The notes under the pieces: model-generated
What the model was told of the DNA's origin: nothing
Database searches by the model: none
What the model saw: only the letters and a program-made list of their open reading frames with translations
Position numbers and translations under genes: made by a program
From: Eubacteriales bacterium
GTDB lineage: Bacteria > Bacillota > Clostridia > Christensenellales > Aristaeellaceae
Assembly (NCBI GenBank): GCA_031549325.1
Contig: JAVBQA010000018.1
Span: 18,621 to 82,620 of the forward strand
DNA: 64,000 nt
Reading direction: 5' to 3'
Part shown: positions 18,286-34,931 of the stretch, piece by piece
Layout of the letters: each line of letters starts with the position of its first letter
Position numbering within the stretch: the first letter of the stretch is position 1

Positions 18286-18455
18286 GATGTAAATGGCGCC
18301 GGAGGGTTCTTTCGTGTCGCGAAAGGAATCTTCGGCTTACCGGCGCCTATATCAACCGTCCGGCCCCAGGGGGGCCAACGTCGGGACGGCATGGGCTGGC
18401 CAGGTGGGACTCCGCCCGCCTGGCCATGTGGGGAAAGCGCAGCCGGCGCAGGGGG

Positions 18456-19436
18456 TTAGCTTTGCGTCATGGTGCAGCCGCAGCGCGGGCACAGCGAGGA
18501 ATTGCAGGCGCCGCAGGTGGTGCCACAATTCGAGCAGGTGCTGGTGCTGGTGTAGACGGTGCCCATCACCTGGTTGATGTTGGCCATGCAGCTGGCGCCG
18601 CTGGCGTTGACGGTGTTGCAGTTGATGGTCGTCGGGCCGGGTTTCTGCGGGAACAGAGGCAGGCTGAAGAACTCGTCGCATACATTTTCAGCAAACTCTT
18701 CGCAGGGCGGGATCTGGCAGAAGCCATAGGAGGGAATCATCACTTCCACTTCGGCCAGGATCTTCAGCACGACGGTGACGCAGATGGTGATTTCGAACTT
18801 GCAATTCCCTATGTAATTGCCGGTGACGCAGATCGCGCTGACCAGGCTCTCCAGCGTGAAGGGCACGATGGACTCCTCGGGGATGGCGAGCAGCACGTCC
18901 TTCTGAACCGAGACCACGGCGGTACCCATCCACTCCTGGCAGCGGTCGTCCGTGAACAGCACGTCGATCGGGATGTCCACCAGGCCCTTGATGCGGGCGA
19001 ACTGGGGACGGTCGCACATGCGGTCGATGGACAGGTTCCGGATGACGCCCTTGGTGTTGGCCGAACGGCAGCTCTCAAAGTTCCATTGGCCGATGGGGGT
19101 GGGCAGCGGGCAGGGGGAGTTCTCGGCATTATGTACGGCTTGCTCGTGGGTCAGCACCCCGCCACAGTTGGGGCACTCGCAGTTGCAGGTGTTGGCCACG
19201 CAGGTGCAGGTGCAGCCTCGGCCCGAGCCAATGTTCCGGCAGTTGGGATCGGGCAGCACCGGCACGATGTTGGCCACGGTGACGACCACGTCATCCAGCT
19301 GCTCCTGCTGCAGGCAGGCGTCGTACACGTTCTTGACCTGCACGCAGATCCTTTCGTTCAGTCCGCCGCAGATGTTGCCGGTCACCGTCCCGGGACACAG
19401 CTCAGCGTTGGCGTTCTTGTAGCTATAAAACGACAT
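18456..19436 (-). CDS. cysteine-rich hypothetical protein (possible spore coat/exosporium-type protein)
   Basis: ORF 18456..19559. ATG 19436 (MSFYSYK) lies 7 nt after GGAGG. 326 aa with more than 40 Cys, including clusters GCTCTCVANTCNCECPNCGG and TCSNCGTTCGACNSSLCPRCGC. No signal peptide or TM segment. Confidence 0.7.
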   Translation of the reverse strand: MSFYSYKNANAELCPGTVTGNICGGLNERICVQVKNVYDACLQQEQLDDVVVTVANIVPVLPDPNCRNIGSGRGCTCTCVANTCNCECPNCGGVLTHEQAVHNAENSPCPLPTPIGQWNFESCRSANTKGVIRNLSIDRMCDRPQFARIKGLVDIPIDVLFTDDRCQEWMGTAVVSVQKDVLLAIPEESIVPFTLESLVSAICVTGNYIGNCKFEITICVTVVLKILAEVEVMIPSYGFCQIPPCEEFAENVCDEFFSLPLFPQKPGPTTINCNTVNASGASCMANINQVMGTVYTSTSTCSNCGTTCGACNSSLCPRCGCTMTQS

Positions 19437-19626
19437 GCGCATACCTCCTTGATGTCTCCTGGGGCGAATTCGCCCACACTGCATGGTATGCCCGAGTGCC
19501 CAAAGCGTGAAAGAACCGGAGACGACGATTCCGGGCCCGCTGCATGAAGCTGGAAACAAAACGGGCGGCCCATGCGTCTAAGGGATTGTCCCCGCGAACA
19601 GGCGGGCGAAAAGGAGGAAAAACCGC

Positions 19627-20175
19627 ATGAAAAAACTGATGAGCCTCGTGCTGGCGCTGTGCCTGTTGATGGGCATTCCCGCGCTCGCGGATCAAACCGA
19701 CCAGGAGGCGCACTACCTGTTCGGCTACATCATCGATGTGAGCGCCGGCGGGTTCGAGCTGATCACCGACAACGAAGTGGTCTATGGTTTCTCCAGGAAC
19801 GACGCCACCCAGATCGTGTCCGACGCGGGCTTGGAAATGGACAACGCGGTGGTGGTGATGTACCAGGGCAACCTGAACGTGGACGCCCAGGCCCAGTCGG
19901 TCGTGGTTTCCGAGGTCACCGTGCTGGGCACGCTGTACGGCACCGTGTCGGACGCCACCATGAACACCATCTCGGTCACGGCTTCCACCGACGGCCAGGT
20001 GTACATCTTCCCCACCGAGGACGCCGACGTGGTGGTGGGCGAGGACGGCATTTTGGTGGGCGACGAAATCGAGGTCGCCTACAAGGGGCGGCTCAGCACC
20101 GACGCCGGTCAGGCGCAGCAGCTTGAGTACACGCACATCACCGTGTACGGCCAGACGGAGAGCGGCCTCGAGTAA
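19627..20175 (+). CDS. secreted hypothetical protein
   Basis: 182 aa, AAGGAGGAAAAA RBS, signal peptide MKKLMSLVLALCLLMGIPALA, beta-rich acidic mature part with two similar halves. Confidence 0.7.
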   Translation: MKKLMSLVLALCLLMGIPALADQTDQEAHYLFGYIIDVSAGGFELITDNEVVYGFSRNDATQIVSDAGLEMDNAVVVMYQGNLNVDAQAQSVVVSEVTVLGTLYGTVSDATMNTISVTASTDGQVYIFPTEDADVVVGEDGILVGDEIEVAYKGRLSTDAGQAQQLEYTHITVYGQTESGLE

Positions 20176-20194
20176 CGGGGTTTGCGATGCGGTC

Positions 20195-20227
20195 GGATCC
20201 TTCGCGCTGCGAAGGATCTATTTTTTT
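20195..20227 (+). terminator. intrinsic terminator
   Basis: GGATCCTTCGC-gc-tGCGAAGGATC followed by TATTTTTTT. Confidence 0.8.
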
Positions 20228-20299
20228 GACCAACTCTTGCCCATACCTTTGCGAATATGTTACAATAAAGGTCGAATGTTCCGTTGGGGAGGGGCTATC

Positions 20300-21448
20300 G
20301 TGGCGGGGAAGAAATTCGTGTTCGCGCCCGACTCGTTCAAGGGCTCGCTGAGCGCGCAGGCGGTTTGCCACGCGCTTCGGCAGGCGGCGCTCGCGCATTT
20401 CCCGGAGGCGCAAACCGTGCTGGCTCCGGTGGCCGACGGCGGCGAAGGCACCGTCGAGGCGGTGCTGCTGGGCTCGGGGGGCGCGCGGCATGTCGCGACG
20501 GTGACCGGGCCGCTGGGGGATCCCGTCGAGGCGGTCTACGGGCTGCTGCCGGACGGCTCGGCCGTGATGGAGCTGGCCGCGTGCTCGGGGCTGCCCCAGG
20601 TGCCGGACGGCCGGCGCGACCCGCTGCTGACCAGCTCGCGCGGCACCGGGGAGCTGATCGGGAAACTGCTCGATCAGGGCGTGAAGAAGCTGCTGGTCGG
20701 CATCGGGGGCAGCGCCACGAACGACGGCGGCATGGGCATGCTGATGGCGCTGGGCGCGCGGTTTTACGACGAAGGCGGGCGTGCGGTGCGGGATCGCGGC
20801 GCCAGCCTGGAGCTGGTGCGGAGGGTCGACCTGTCCGGGCTGCACACGGGCGTCGCGGGCGCGGACATCACCGTGATCTGCGACGTGAACAACCCGCTGC
20901 TCGGGCCGACGGGCGCGACCTATATCTACGGCCCGCAGAAGGGCGCGGACGAGGCGCGGCTGATTCGGCTGGAAGCGGGCATGGAGAACTACGCCCGGGT
21001 GTTTTCCGCCATGGGCATCGACATACAGAGCTTCTCCGGCGCGGGCGCGGCGGGCGGCGTGGGCGGCGCGCTGGGCGGCGTGCTTCGCGCCAGGCTCCGG
21101 CGCGGCATCGACGCGGTGCTGGACGCCATCGGGTTTGACGATCTGATCGCGGGCGCGGATCTGGTGGTGACGGGCGAAGGGCGCATCGACCGCCAGTCGG
21201 TGGAGTTCTTCAAGGTGCCCGCGGGCGTGGCGGCGCGCTGCCAACCGCGGGGCATTCCGGTGGCGGCGCTGGTGGGCGGCATCGGCGAGGGCGCTGAGGC
21301 GTTTTACGGGATGGGCGGCACGGCCATCCTGTCCATTGTGGACGGGCCGATGGAGCTGAGCCGCGCCATGAGCGATGCGCCCCGGCTGATGGAACGCGCC
21401 TGTGACCGGCTGTTCCGGCTGGTGAAGATCGGCGCGGGGATGAACTGA
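20300..21448 (+). CDS. glycerate kinase
   Basis: ORF 20123..21448; GTG 20300 follows GGGGAGGGG. FVFAPDSFKGSLSA N-terminal signature, GIGGSATNDGG, VTGEGRIDRQS. Confidence 0.9.
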   Translation: MAGKKFVFAPDSFKGSLSAQAVCHALRQAALAHFPEAQTVLAPVADGGEGTVEAVLLGSGGARHVATVTGPLGDPVEAVYGLLPDGSAVMELAACSGLPQVPDGRRDPLLTSSRGTGELIGKLLDQGVKKLLVGIGGSATNDGGMGMLMALGARFYDEGGRAVRDRGASLELVRRVDLSGLHTGVAGADITVICDVNNPLLGPTGATYIYGPQKGADEARLIRLEAGMENYARVFSAMGIDIQSFSGAGAAGGVGGALGGVLRARLRRGIDAVLDAIGFDDLIAGADLVVTGEGRIDRQSVEFFKVPAGVAARCQPRGIPVAALVGGIGEGAEAFYGMGGTAILSIVDGPMELSRAMSDAPRLMERACDRLFRLVKIGAGMN

Positions 21449-21449
21449 G

Positions 21450-22130
21450 ATGGGCGCGCGGGTGACGTATCTGAACCACTCCGGGTTCCTGGTGGAACAC
21501 GGGGGAACGGCGCTGGTGTTTGACTGCATCGGTCCGTTTGACAGCCCGGCGCTGCTTCGGGCGCTGGCGGAAGCGCGCGTGATCGCGCTGGCCAGCCACT
21601 TCCATGGCGACCACTTTGACAAGCGGATTCTGGACTGGGGCTGCCCGCTGGCGCTGGGCAAGGGCATCCGGAAGGGATACGACGCCCACTATATGAAGCC
21701 GGGCGACGCGATTCGGGTGGGCGATGCGCAAGTGGAGGCGTTTGGGTCCACCGATTCGGGCGTCAGTTTCCTGGTGCGGCTGCCCGGCCTGACCGTGTTT
21801 CACGCGGGCGACCTGAACGACTGGCACTGGCGGGCCGAGTCCACCCCGGCCGAGGTCGGGCAAATGCACCGCGCGTTCACGCGCGTGCTGGACGCGCTGC
21901 CCGAGAGCGGCATCGACATCGCCATGTTCCCGGTGGATCCGCGCATGGGAGAAGGGCACGACGAGGGCGCGCGCCAGTTCATGCGGCGCTGTCATCCGCG
22001 CGTCTTCTTCCCGATGCACTTCTGGGACAGGCCGGACGCCGCGCTTCAGTTTGCGCGGGAATCGTTTCCCGGCGTCACGGTGGTGGCGCTGACAGAATCC
22101 GGACAGAGCTACGACGCGCGGGAGGTATGA
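21450..22130 (+). CDS. MBL-fold metallo-hydrolase
   Basis: 226 aa. HFHGDHFD (HxHxDH) motif; later His/Asp ligands (FHAGDLNDWH). Confidence 0.8.
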   Translation: MGARVTYLNHSGFLVEHGGTALVFDCIGPFDSPALLRALAEARVIALASHFHGDHFDKRILDWGCPLALGKGIRKGYDAHYMKPGDAIRVGDAQVEAFGSTDSGVSFLVRLPGLTVFHAGDLNDWHWRAESTPAEVGQMHRAFTRVLDALPESGIDIAMFPVDPRMGEGHDEGARQFMRRCHPRVFFPMHFWDRPDAALQFARESFPGVTVVALTESGQSYDAREV

Positions 22131-22507
22131 TCCAAATGAAGTTTCTCTTCAACCACAACAACATCAACGTGGCCGATCTGGACGCGGCGATCGCGTTTTA
22201 CGGGCGGGCGCTGGGACTGTCTGTGGCGCGCAGGAGCGGCCCGGAGGACGGCAGCTTCCTGCTGGCGTTCCTGACCGACGGCCAGAGCGCGCACCGGCTG
22301 GAGCTGACCTGGCTTCGGGATCACCCGGGCAGGTACGCGCTGGGCGAGAACGAGAGCCACCTGTGCTTCACCGTGGACGATTATCCGGCCGCCCACGCGC
22401 TGCATGAACAGATGGGCTGCATCTGCTACGAGAACGACGTGATGGGCCTGTACTTCATCGAAGACCCGGACGGCTACTGGATCGAGATCGTTCCGGCGAC
22501 GAGGTGA
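22127..22507 (+). CDS. VOC/glyoxalase I family protein
   Basis: 126 aa. FNHNNINVADLDAAIAFY ... HLCFTVDD ... DPDGYWIEIV is a typical glyoxalase fold pattern. 4-nt overlap with the upstream gene. Confidence 0.8.
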   Translation: MIQMKFLFNHNNINVADLDAAIAFYGRALGLSVARRSGPEDGSFLLAFLTDGQSAHRLELTWLRDHPGRYALGENESHLCFTVDDYPAAHALHEQMGCICYENDVMGLYFIEDPDGYWIEIVPATR

Positions 22508-22563
22508 GGGGGCAGGGCTCCGTCAGGGGCATTGTCCCCGAATCGATCCCACTGGGACAGAAC

Positions 22564-22595
22564 AAAAACGAACCGCTTTTTCGCGGTTCGTTTTC
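22564..22595. terminator. bidirectional intrinsic terminator
   Basis: AAAACGAACCGC-ttttt-CGCGGTTCGTTTT lies between the convergent VOC and beta-galactosidase genes. Confidence 0.75.
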
Positions 22596-22626
22596 GTATG
22601 GAGCGGGGCGCTCAGGGGCGGCGCGC

Positions 22627-25572
<2,946 letters not shown>

Positions 25573-25865
25573 TTAATACACGACTAAAGTATACCTGCCG
25601 GCGAGGGGTTTGGCAACCGTGAAAAAACCGGCGGGCAGACGAATGACCGCATCAAAAAAAGACCAAGGTCTGTTTATGAGGATGGAGATCGCGGGCGGCG
25701 GCGGGGCGGATTTTGCGATTCTGTCGAATTTAGGCGAATTTCAGCGCGGGATTCACGGTTTTTTGCTTTCTTTTCTATGAATTATCTGTATAATATGTGA
25801 TAACAGATGAATTTCCGCCGGTGCGCCGAAAAAGCGAGCTCGTCCCGCCCAAAGAGGTGAAAGCC

Positions 25866-29738
<3,873 letters not shown>

Positions 29739-29756
29739 GGGCGGCAACCCGGTGGA

Positions 29757-29797
29757 AACAGACAGGCTTTGGAATAAAAGACCAAAGTCTGTTTTTT
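29757..29797 (+). terminator. intrinsic terminator of the hybrid kinase gene
   Basis: AACAGA(cagg)CTTTGG-aataaaaga-CCAAAGTCTGTT followed by TTTTT. Confidence 0.6.
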
Positions 29798-29890
29798 ATG
29801 CCCGTGTGCGCTGTCTTGCGTGGGCGGGTGGGTTGTGATACAATATTCGGGTTGCCGGGTGTGCCCGAAGCTGTGATGCCGGAGGAACCT

Positions 29891-30955
29891 ATGCGAACCA
29901 TACTCAAGAGAATCGCGCTGTGCCTGGTGCCGGTGCTGGCGCTGATCGCGCTGCTCCATGTGATGGGGTTTGTCGTCACGCCCTCGGCCAGCTACACGCG
30001 TCTGATGATGCACGAGCTGTATACCGAGGATCCGCCGGACGTGGCGTTTGTCGGGGCGTCCCGCTTTTATCGGGGCGTGGACGCGCAGGCGATCAGCGCG
30101 CAGATGGGCGCGCGCGTGTTCACGCTGGCCAGCTCCAGCCAGGACATGATCGATTCCCGCTTTCTGATGGAGGAGATGGACGATGGGCACGCGCCCCGGC
30201 TGGTCTTTCTGGACGTCGGCGGCAACCGGCTGTACGCAGACGACGAGATCCGCTCCAGCCAGATCCTGATCGACTACTTCCGGCCATCGCTCAACAAGCT
30301 GCGTTACTTTGTCAGCGCGTTTGGCCCGGCGGACTATCTCGTCGGGCTGTTTCCGGGGCTGCGCTACACCAGCAGGGAGGAGCCGTTTTTTTCGGCGGAG
30401 AACCTGCGGAACGTGCGCAGAAAGCTCAGGCCCGAATACCGCGCATATCTGCCGACCGCCGGAAACAACGGCGGCGAGTGGTATGTGGGCGACGGGTTCG
30501 TGTATGACGACACCAAGCTTCTGGGCCGAACCGACGACTTTGAGATCGACCAGAGCTGGGGCCCGGGCGGTTTTGACGAGCGGCAGCTCGGCTACGCGCG
30601 CGAGATCGCCGCGCGGTGCGCGCAGAACGGCACGCGGCTGGTGCTGCTGAACATGCCGGTGCCGCTGGTGTCGCTGCGCGCGGCCGTGCAGTATGACGCC
30701 GCCGCCGTGCAGTTGCGCGAGCTCGCAGCGGCGCTGAACGCCGGGTATGTGGACCTGAACCTGATTCGGGCGGAGGCGTTCCCGCGCGACGACGCGCTGT
30801 TCGCCGATGGGGTGCACCTCAACGGCGCGGGCGCCGGGCGGCTCGCGCCGGTGCTCGCCCGGCTCGCCGAGGACTGCCTTTCGGGCGAGGTTTCCGCGCC
30901 CGACGGGCTGCTGTATCCGTCCTATCCGGCGATGATGGCGGCGCTTGGGCCGTAG
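29891..30955 (+). CDS. membrane-anchored SGNH/DltD-like hypothetical protein
   Basis: ORF 29651..30955; ATG 29891 follows GGAGGA. N-terminal TM anchor. VAFVGASRF (a block I-like motif with GAS instead of GDS) and C-terminal DGVHLN (DxxH-like block). Family call is tentative. Confidence 0.6.
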   Translation: MRTILKRIALCLVPVLALIALLHVMGFVVTPSASYTRLMMHELYTEDPPDVAFVGASRFYRGVDAQAISAQMGARVFTLASSSQDMIDSRFLMEEMDDGHAPRLVFLDVGGNRLYADDEIRSSQILIDYFRPSLNKLRYFVSAFGPADYLVGLFPGLRYTSREEPFFSAENLRNVRRKLRPEYRAYLPTAGNNGGEWYVGDGFVYDDTKLLGRTDDFEIDQSWGPGGFDERQLGYAREIAARCAQNGTRLVLLNMPVPLVSLRAAVQYDAAAVQLRELAAALNAGYVDLNLIRAEAFPRDDALFADGVHLNGAGAGRLAPVLARLAEDCLSGEVSAPDGLLYPSYPAMMAALGP

Positions 30956-30962
30956 CGCGGCG

Positions 30963-31009
30963 CACAAAAACAGGCCGGGGCTCCAGCGGGGAGCTCCGGC
31001 TTTTGTGTG
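30963..31009. terminator. bidirectional intrinsic terminator
   Basis: CACAAAAACAG-GCCGGGGCTCC-agcgg-GGAGCTCCGGC-TTTTGTGTG. An 11-bp stem flanked by an A-run and a T-run between convergent genes. Confidence 0.8.
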
Positions 31010-31016
31010 CCTGCGG

Positions 31017-33947
31017 CTATATCGCCGGATCGTCCGCGCCAGGGGGATGGCGCAGCGCCTCCCTGAGCGTGCGCATCACCTGCTCAATGTCGATGGGCTT
31101 GCTCAGGTGGCCGTTCATGCCCGCCGCGCGCGCCCGCTCCACGTCCTCGCTGTAAGCGTTGGCCGTCATGGCCACGATGGGCACCGCGCGCGCGTCCGGC
31201 CGGTTCAGCGCGCGGATCCGCTCGGTGGCCTCGTAGCCGTTGAGCCGGGGCATCTGGATGTCCATGAAGATCAGGTCGTAGTGGAAGGGCGCTGAGTGCG
31301 CAAACATCTCCACCGCCGCCTGGCCATCCTCGGCCTCGTCGATGTCCACATGGGTCGCGGCCAGCAGCTCCGAGAGCACCAGCCGGTTGATCTGCACATC
31401 CTCGGCCAGCAGGATGCGCTTGCCGGACAGCGCGGGCGGCGGCAGCTCGTCGCCCGCGCCCGCGCTGGCGGACTGCCCGCCCTTTTGCATCGTCAGCTCG
31501 AAGCGGAACGCGGAGCCCGCGCCCGGCGTGCTGTCCACCGCGATCTCGCCGCCCATTTTGTTCACCAGGTTCTGGCTGATCGCCAAGCCCAGCCCGGTGC
31601 CGCCAAAGCGCCCGGCGATGGTGTGGTCGGCCTGCTCAAACGCCACAAACAGCTTGCCGATCTGCTCCTGCGTCATGCCGATTCCGGTGTCGCTCACGCA
31701 AAAGCGCACGGTGACGGCGCAGGGCGTCTCGTCGTCCAGCGTCACCCAGAAGCCCACCGTGCCGCCGCCCGGGGTGAACTTGACGGCGTTGCCCAGCAGA
31801 TTGATCAGCACCTGCTTGAGCCGCGTCCGGTCGCCCACCACGGTCAGCGGGCCGAGCGAATGGGCGTTGGTGTCAAAGCGCACGCCCCGGTCGCCTGTGC
31901 GCTGGCCGATGATGCTGCCCACCTCGCGCATGGCCTCGTCCAGCGCGAAGGGGGCCTCGGAGATCTCGAATTTGCCGGCCTCGATCTTCGACATGTCCAG
32001 CACGTCGTTCAGGATCTCCAGCAGGTGCCCGGAGGCCACCGAGATCTCGTTCAGCGAGCGCGCGGCTTTCTCGGGATCCCGCACGTCGCGCTTGGCGATC
32101 AGCGTCATGCCGATGATCGCGTTCAGGGGCGTTCGGATCTCGTGGCTCATGCGCGCCAGGAAATCGCCCTTGGCGCGGCTGGCCACCTGGGCGGCCGCGG
32201 TTTGCACCGTCAGCTCGGCCGTGCGCGCGCGCACCGTGTCCTCCAAGCCCCTGGCCATGCGCCGGTTTTTGAGCAGCAGCAACGTCACGAACATCAGCCC
32301 CAGCGCCATCACCATGGCCAGCCCGAACAGATAGGGGATCTGCGCGCGCGCCACCTTGCCGCGATAATCAAACACCTTGCGCGTCCAGCGGTCGGCGATG
32401 GTCTGGGTGTCGATCACGTCCTGCACCTTGGACAGGATGCCGCGCAGCTTGGCCTGGCTCCTGTTGAAGCCGAGCTTGGATTCATAGACGCTGCCAAACA
32501 CCAGGTTCGTCTTGAAGCCCGGTTTTTCCAGGTAGTTGGTCAGCGACAGCAGCAGGTTCTTGGTGGCCATCACGTAATCCACCTCGCCGCGCTCCAGCGC
32601 CGAGAACGCCAGCTCGTTGGAGTCGTAAGGCACAGTGTTCCGGTTGTTGGGGAACCACTGCCTAAACACCTCTTCATAGGCGGAGCCCAGCACCAGCCCC
32701 ACGCGGGCGCGCATGGCGCCGTTGATGTCAATGTCGGGCGTGTCGGCGCGGGACAGCAGCGCGTAGTTGTCGGTGGAGTAGGGCTCGTCCGTCCACAGAA
32801 ACCGGTCCCGGCGCGCGTCGGACATGAGCAGCTCCGTCAGCATGAGGGCGTCGCCCCGCTCCAGCATCGGCAGCAGATCCATCCACAGGTCCTCTTTGCT
32901 GTTGACGGGCTCGAACGTGAGCCCGGTCAGCTCGGTGACCTGTTTCAGCAGGTCGATGGCGATGCCCTGAAACTGGCCCTCCTGCTCGTTGTAGAAGCAG
33001 GCGGGGTAGTTGTCGTACTCAAAGATCACCGGCACCGGCTCGCCATAGGACAACAGCCCCCGCAGATAGGTCTCCTCGGCGGTGGTCAGCCGGGTCATGA
33101 CGCGGTAGTGCTGATACGCCTGGCGGCCCTGGAGGTACAGCTCGCTGATGTAGGCGGCGGCGCTCTCGCTGAGCAGCAGCTTGTCCATCACCGATACGAC
33201 GGGCGCGAGCTTTTGCTGCGCGGTGGAAAAGGAAACGGAAGAATAGAGCAGCGGATAGAAGTCCTGCGCGTGGATGTTGCCGTACACGTCGAACGCCGCT
33301 TCGGCGGTGTTTTCCTCAAAGAAGGCGTCGACCACGCGCTGGCTGAGCAGGCGCTCGGCCTGCTCGTAGCTGCTCACGAACACGGTATAGGGCTTTTCCT
33401 GGAAGCGCTCGGAGACCATCTGGTAAGTGGTGGTGCCCTCGAAGAACGCGTAGCGCGGCGTGCGGATCCTGGCCAGCACGTTCAGCGGCTCGCTGTCCTT
33501 CAGCGTGAACACCTTGACGAACCGCTCGGTCATGGGCTGGGTCATCGCGTAGCGCGCCCGGCGCTCGGCGGTGGCGGTCAGCTCGCTGGTGAACGCGATC
33601 TCGCCGCTGTCCAGCTTCCGGATCAGCTCGTCCCAGTCGCAGATGGCCGGGCGGATGTCCAGCCCGAACAGCTCGCTCAGATGGTCGCACAGCAGCGCGA
33701 TAAAGCCTCCGATTTGGCCATCCTCCCGCCTAAAAGCCTCGACGGAGTCATTCATGCCGTACAGCAGCGTTTGGTTTTCCGCCCGAAGCGACTCGATCGC
33801 GTCAATTTCCTGCTGGGTCACGCCGGGAATGTCGCGGTAGTTTGTGATTTTGGGCGCAGCCGTTGCGCGCGCGCCGGCCAGCGGTGAGAAAGGCTGTGCC
33901 AGGGCGACGAGCAACAGCACCAGCGCCAAGGAGAGTATGCGGCGCAT
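31017..33947 (-). CDS. hybrid sensor histidine kinase with tandem periplasmic solute-binding (SBP family 3-like) domains and one receiver
   Basis: 976 aa. Signal/TM, two SBP_bac_3-like modules, TM, H-box [58 protein letters not shown] / [23 protein letters not shown]. Confidence 0.92.
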   Translation of the reverse strand: MRRILSLALVLLLVALAQPFSPLAGARATAAPKITNYRDIPGVTQQEIDAIESLRAENQTLLYGMNDSVEAFRREDGQIGGFIALLCDHLSELFGLDIRPAICDWDELIRKLDSGEIAFTSELTATAERRARYAMTQPMTERFVKVFTLKDSEPLNVLARIRTPRYAFFEGTTTYQMVSERFQEKPYTVFVSSYEQAERLLSQRVVDAFFEENTAEAAFDVYGNIHAQDFYPLLYSSVSFSTAQQKLAPVVSVMDKLLLSESAAAYISELYLQGRQAYQHYRVMTRLTTAEETYLRGLLSYGEPVPVIFEYDNYPACFYNEQEGQFQGIAIDLLKQVTELTGLTFEPVNSKEDLWMDLLPMLERGDALMLTELLMSDARRDRFLWTDEPYSTDNYALLSRADTPDIDINGAMRARVGLVLGSAYEEVFRQWFPNNRNTVPYDSNELAFSALERGEVDYVMATKNLLLSLTNYLEKPGFKTNLVFGSVYESKLGFNRSQAKLRGILSKVQDVIDTQTIADRWTRKVFDYRGKVARAQIPYLFGLAMVMALGLMFVTLLLLKNRRMARGLEDTVRARTAELTVQTAAAQVASRAKGDFLARMSHEIRTPLNAIIGMTLIAKRDVRDPEKAARSLNEISVASGHLLEILNDVLDMSKIEAGKFEISEAPFALDEAMREVGSIIGQRTGDRGVRFDTNAHSLGPLTVVGDRTRLKQVLINLLGNAVKFTPGGGTVGFWVTLDDETPCAVTVRFCVSDTGIGMTQEQIGKLFVAFEQADHTIAGRFGGTGLGLAISQNLVNKMGGEIAVDSTPGAGSAFRFELTMQKGGQSASAGAGDELPPPALSGKRILLAEDVQINRLVLSELLAATHVDIDEAEDGQAAVEMFAHSAPFHYDLIFMDIQMPRLNGYEATERIRALNRPDARAVPIVAMTANAYSEDVERARAAGMNGHLSKPIDIEQVMRTLREALRHPPGADDPAI

Positions 33948-34254
33948 GGTTTCCTCTTTCTTCTGTTTTTTGGAAGTTACCTATAGTTTACCCGATTGAT
34001 CTGAAGAACACAAGGGAATTTCGCAAAAAGACCGCGATGGGCGCCTTCGTCCGGCGGGGGAGCGCGTGGGGCGCGCCGGGTGCGTGCGGCGCAATCTGTG
34101 CGATGTGCACGACATGGCGGGGCGCGCCGCGCACATTGGCAGTTGGCAAGGATTGGAATGTGTGGTATCATCAACCGGTTGGCAGCCTGCCGATCCCGTC
34201 CAGGTTTTGTCCGGCTGCCGCCAGCACAATACAAATGGAAAGAAGGGAATTCTC

Positions 34255-34794
34255 ATGAAAAAACGGCTTTGTCTCGCCCTGGCGTTCGCGCTGGCACTGT
34301 GCGCCTTCCATATGCCTGCACAGGCCGCGCATACCCCCGAGGCGCTGCTCAGGACCATCGAATCGCTGGCCGAAGAGGGCGGTATCCTGAACTGCGAGTT
34401 TCTGCTGAAAGACAACTACGACGAGCTGGTGGACGAGTACGGCTCGCCCGACCGCGACAACTACGTCAAGGTTGCCCACGGCAGCTATGCCACGTTCTCG
34501 TCCGACGCGTTCGTGGTGGGTTACAACAACGGCAGCGAGATCTTTGAGCTGCGTTCCTACGCCAGGCGCCTTGACGGCATCACCGAGCGCAACGTGACCA
34601 GCTTCTTCGGGGAGGCCGAGCACACCGCCTATCTGGACGGCGACCGCATCAGCAGCTATGTGCTAAAGGGCGGCTATCACCTGAAGTTTGTGTTTGACGG
34701 CAAGGAGCCCGATTCCGTGGTCAACCACTACAACGTGATCTGGATGAAGGGCACCGAGAACGACCGCGCCGACGACCACGGCCGAAAGTGGTGA
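34255..34794 (+). CDS. secreted hypothetical protein (DUF4309/YjgB-like, tentative)
   Basis: ORF 34066..34794. ATG 34255 with signal peptide MKKRLCLALAFALALCAFHMPAQA. Promoter TTGGCA-17-TATCAT about 90 nt upstream. Confidence 0.65.
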   Translation: MKKRLCLALAFALALCAFHMPAQAAHTPEALLRTIESLAEEGGILNCEFLLKDNYDELVDEYGSPDRDNYVKVAHGSYATFSSDAFVVGYNNGSEIFELRSYARRLDGITERNVTSFFGEAEHTAYLDGDRISSYVLKGGYHLKFVFDGKEPDSVVNHYNVIWMKGTENDRADDHGRKW

Positions 34795-34931
34795 CGGGCC
34801 GGCGGGCGTGAAACCGCCGGGAAATTGTTGAAAAACAGACCGAAGTATGAGATAATGAACCGAAACCTGCCGAGAGGCCGGATGGGAAACAAACGAGCGT
34901 GGTTCCAAAGAATACCAAAGGAGATGAAACC

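Noticed and set aside
18295-18430. Two extra GC hairpins in the 3' region of the Cys-rich gene: GGCGCCGG...CCGGCGCC with a nested CTTTCG/CGAAAG stem, and GGCCAGGTGGG...CCCGCCTGGCC.
   Set aside because: They have no T-tracts and are not repeated elsewhere in the window. Their conservation cannot be assessed from a single sequence. They are most likely ordinary 3' UTR secondary structure.
18046-18459. ORFs of 74-137 aa inside or across MITE-like copy B, with analogous ORFs at 5301-5561, 5438-5773 and 44026-44340.
   Set aside because: The translations are Arg/Gly/Pro-rich and have no RBS. The copies differ by substitutions and by a large deletion that do not respect any frame. The sequence is better explained as stacked hairpins.
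19483-19490. A mother-cell sigma factor -10-like element (CATACCAT on the minus strand) about 45 nt upstream of the Cys-rich gene start.
   Set aside because: It is only a partial match to the SigE/SigK -10 patterns as I recall them (CATACANT and CATANNNTA). I found no matching -35 (ATA or AC) at the right spacing. It is too weak to annotate.
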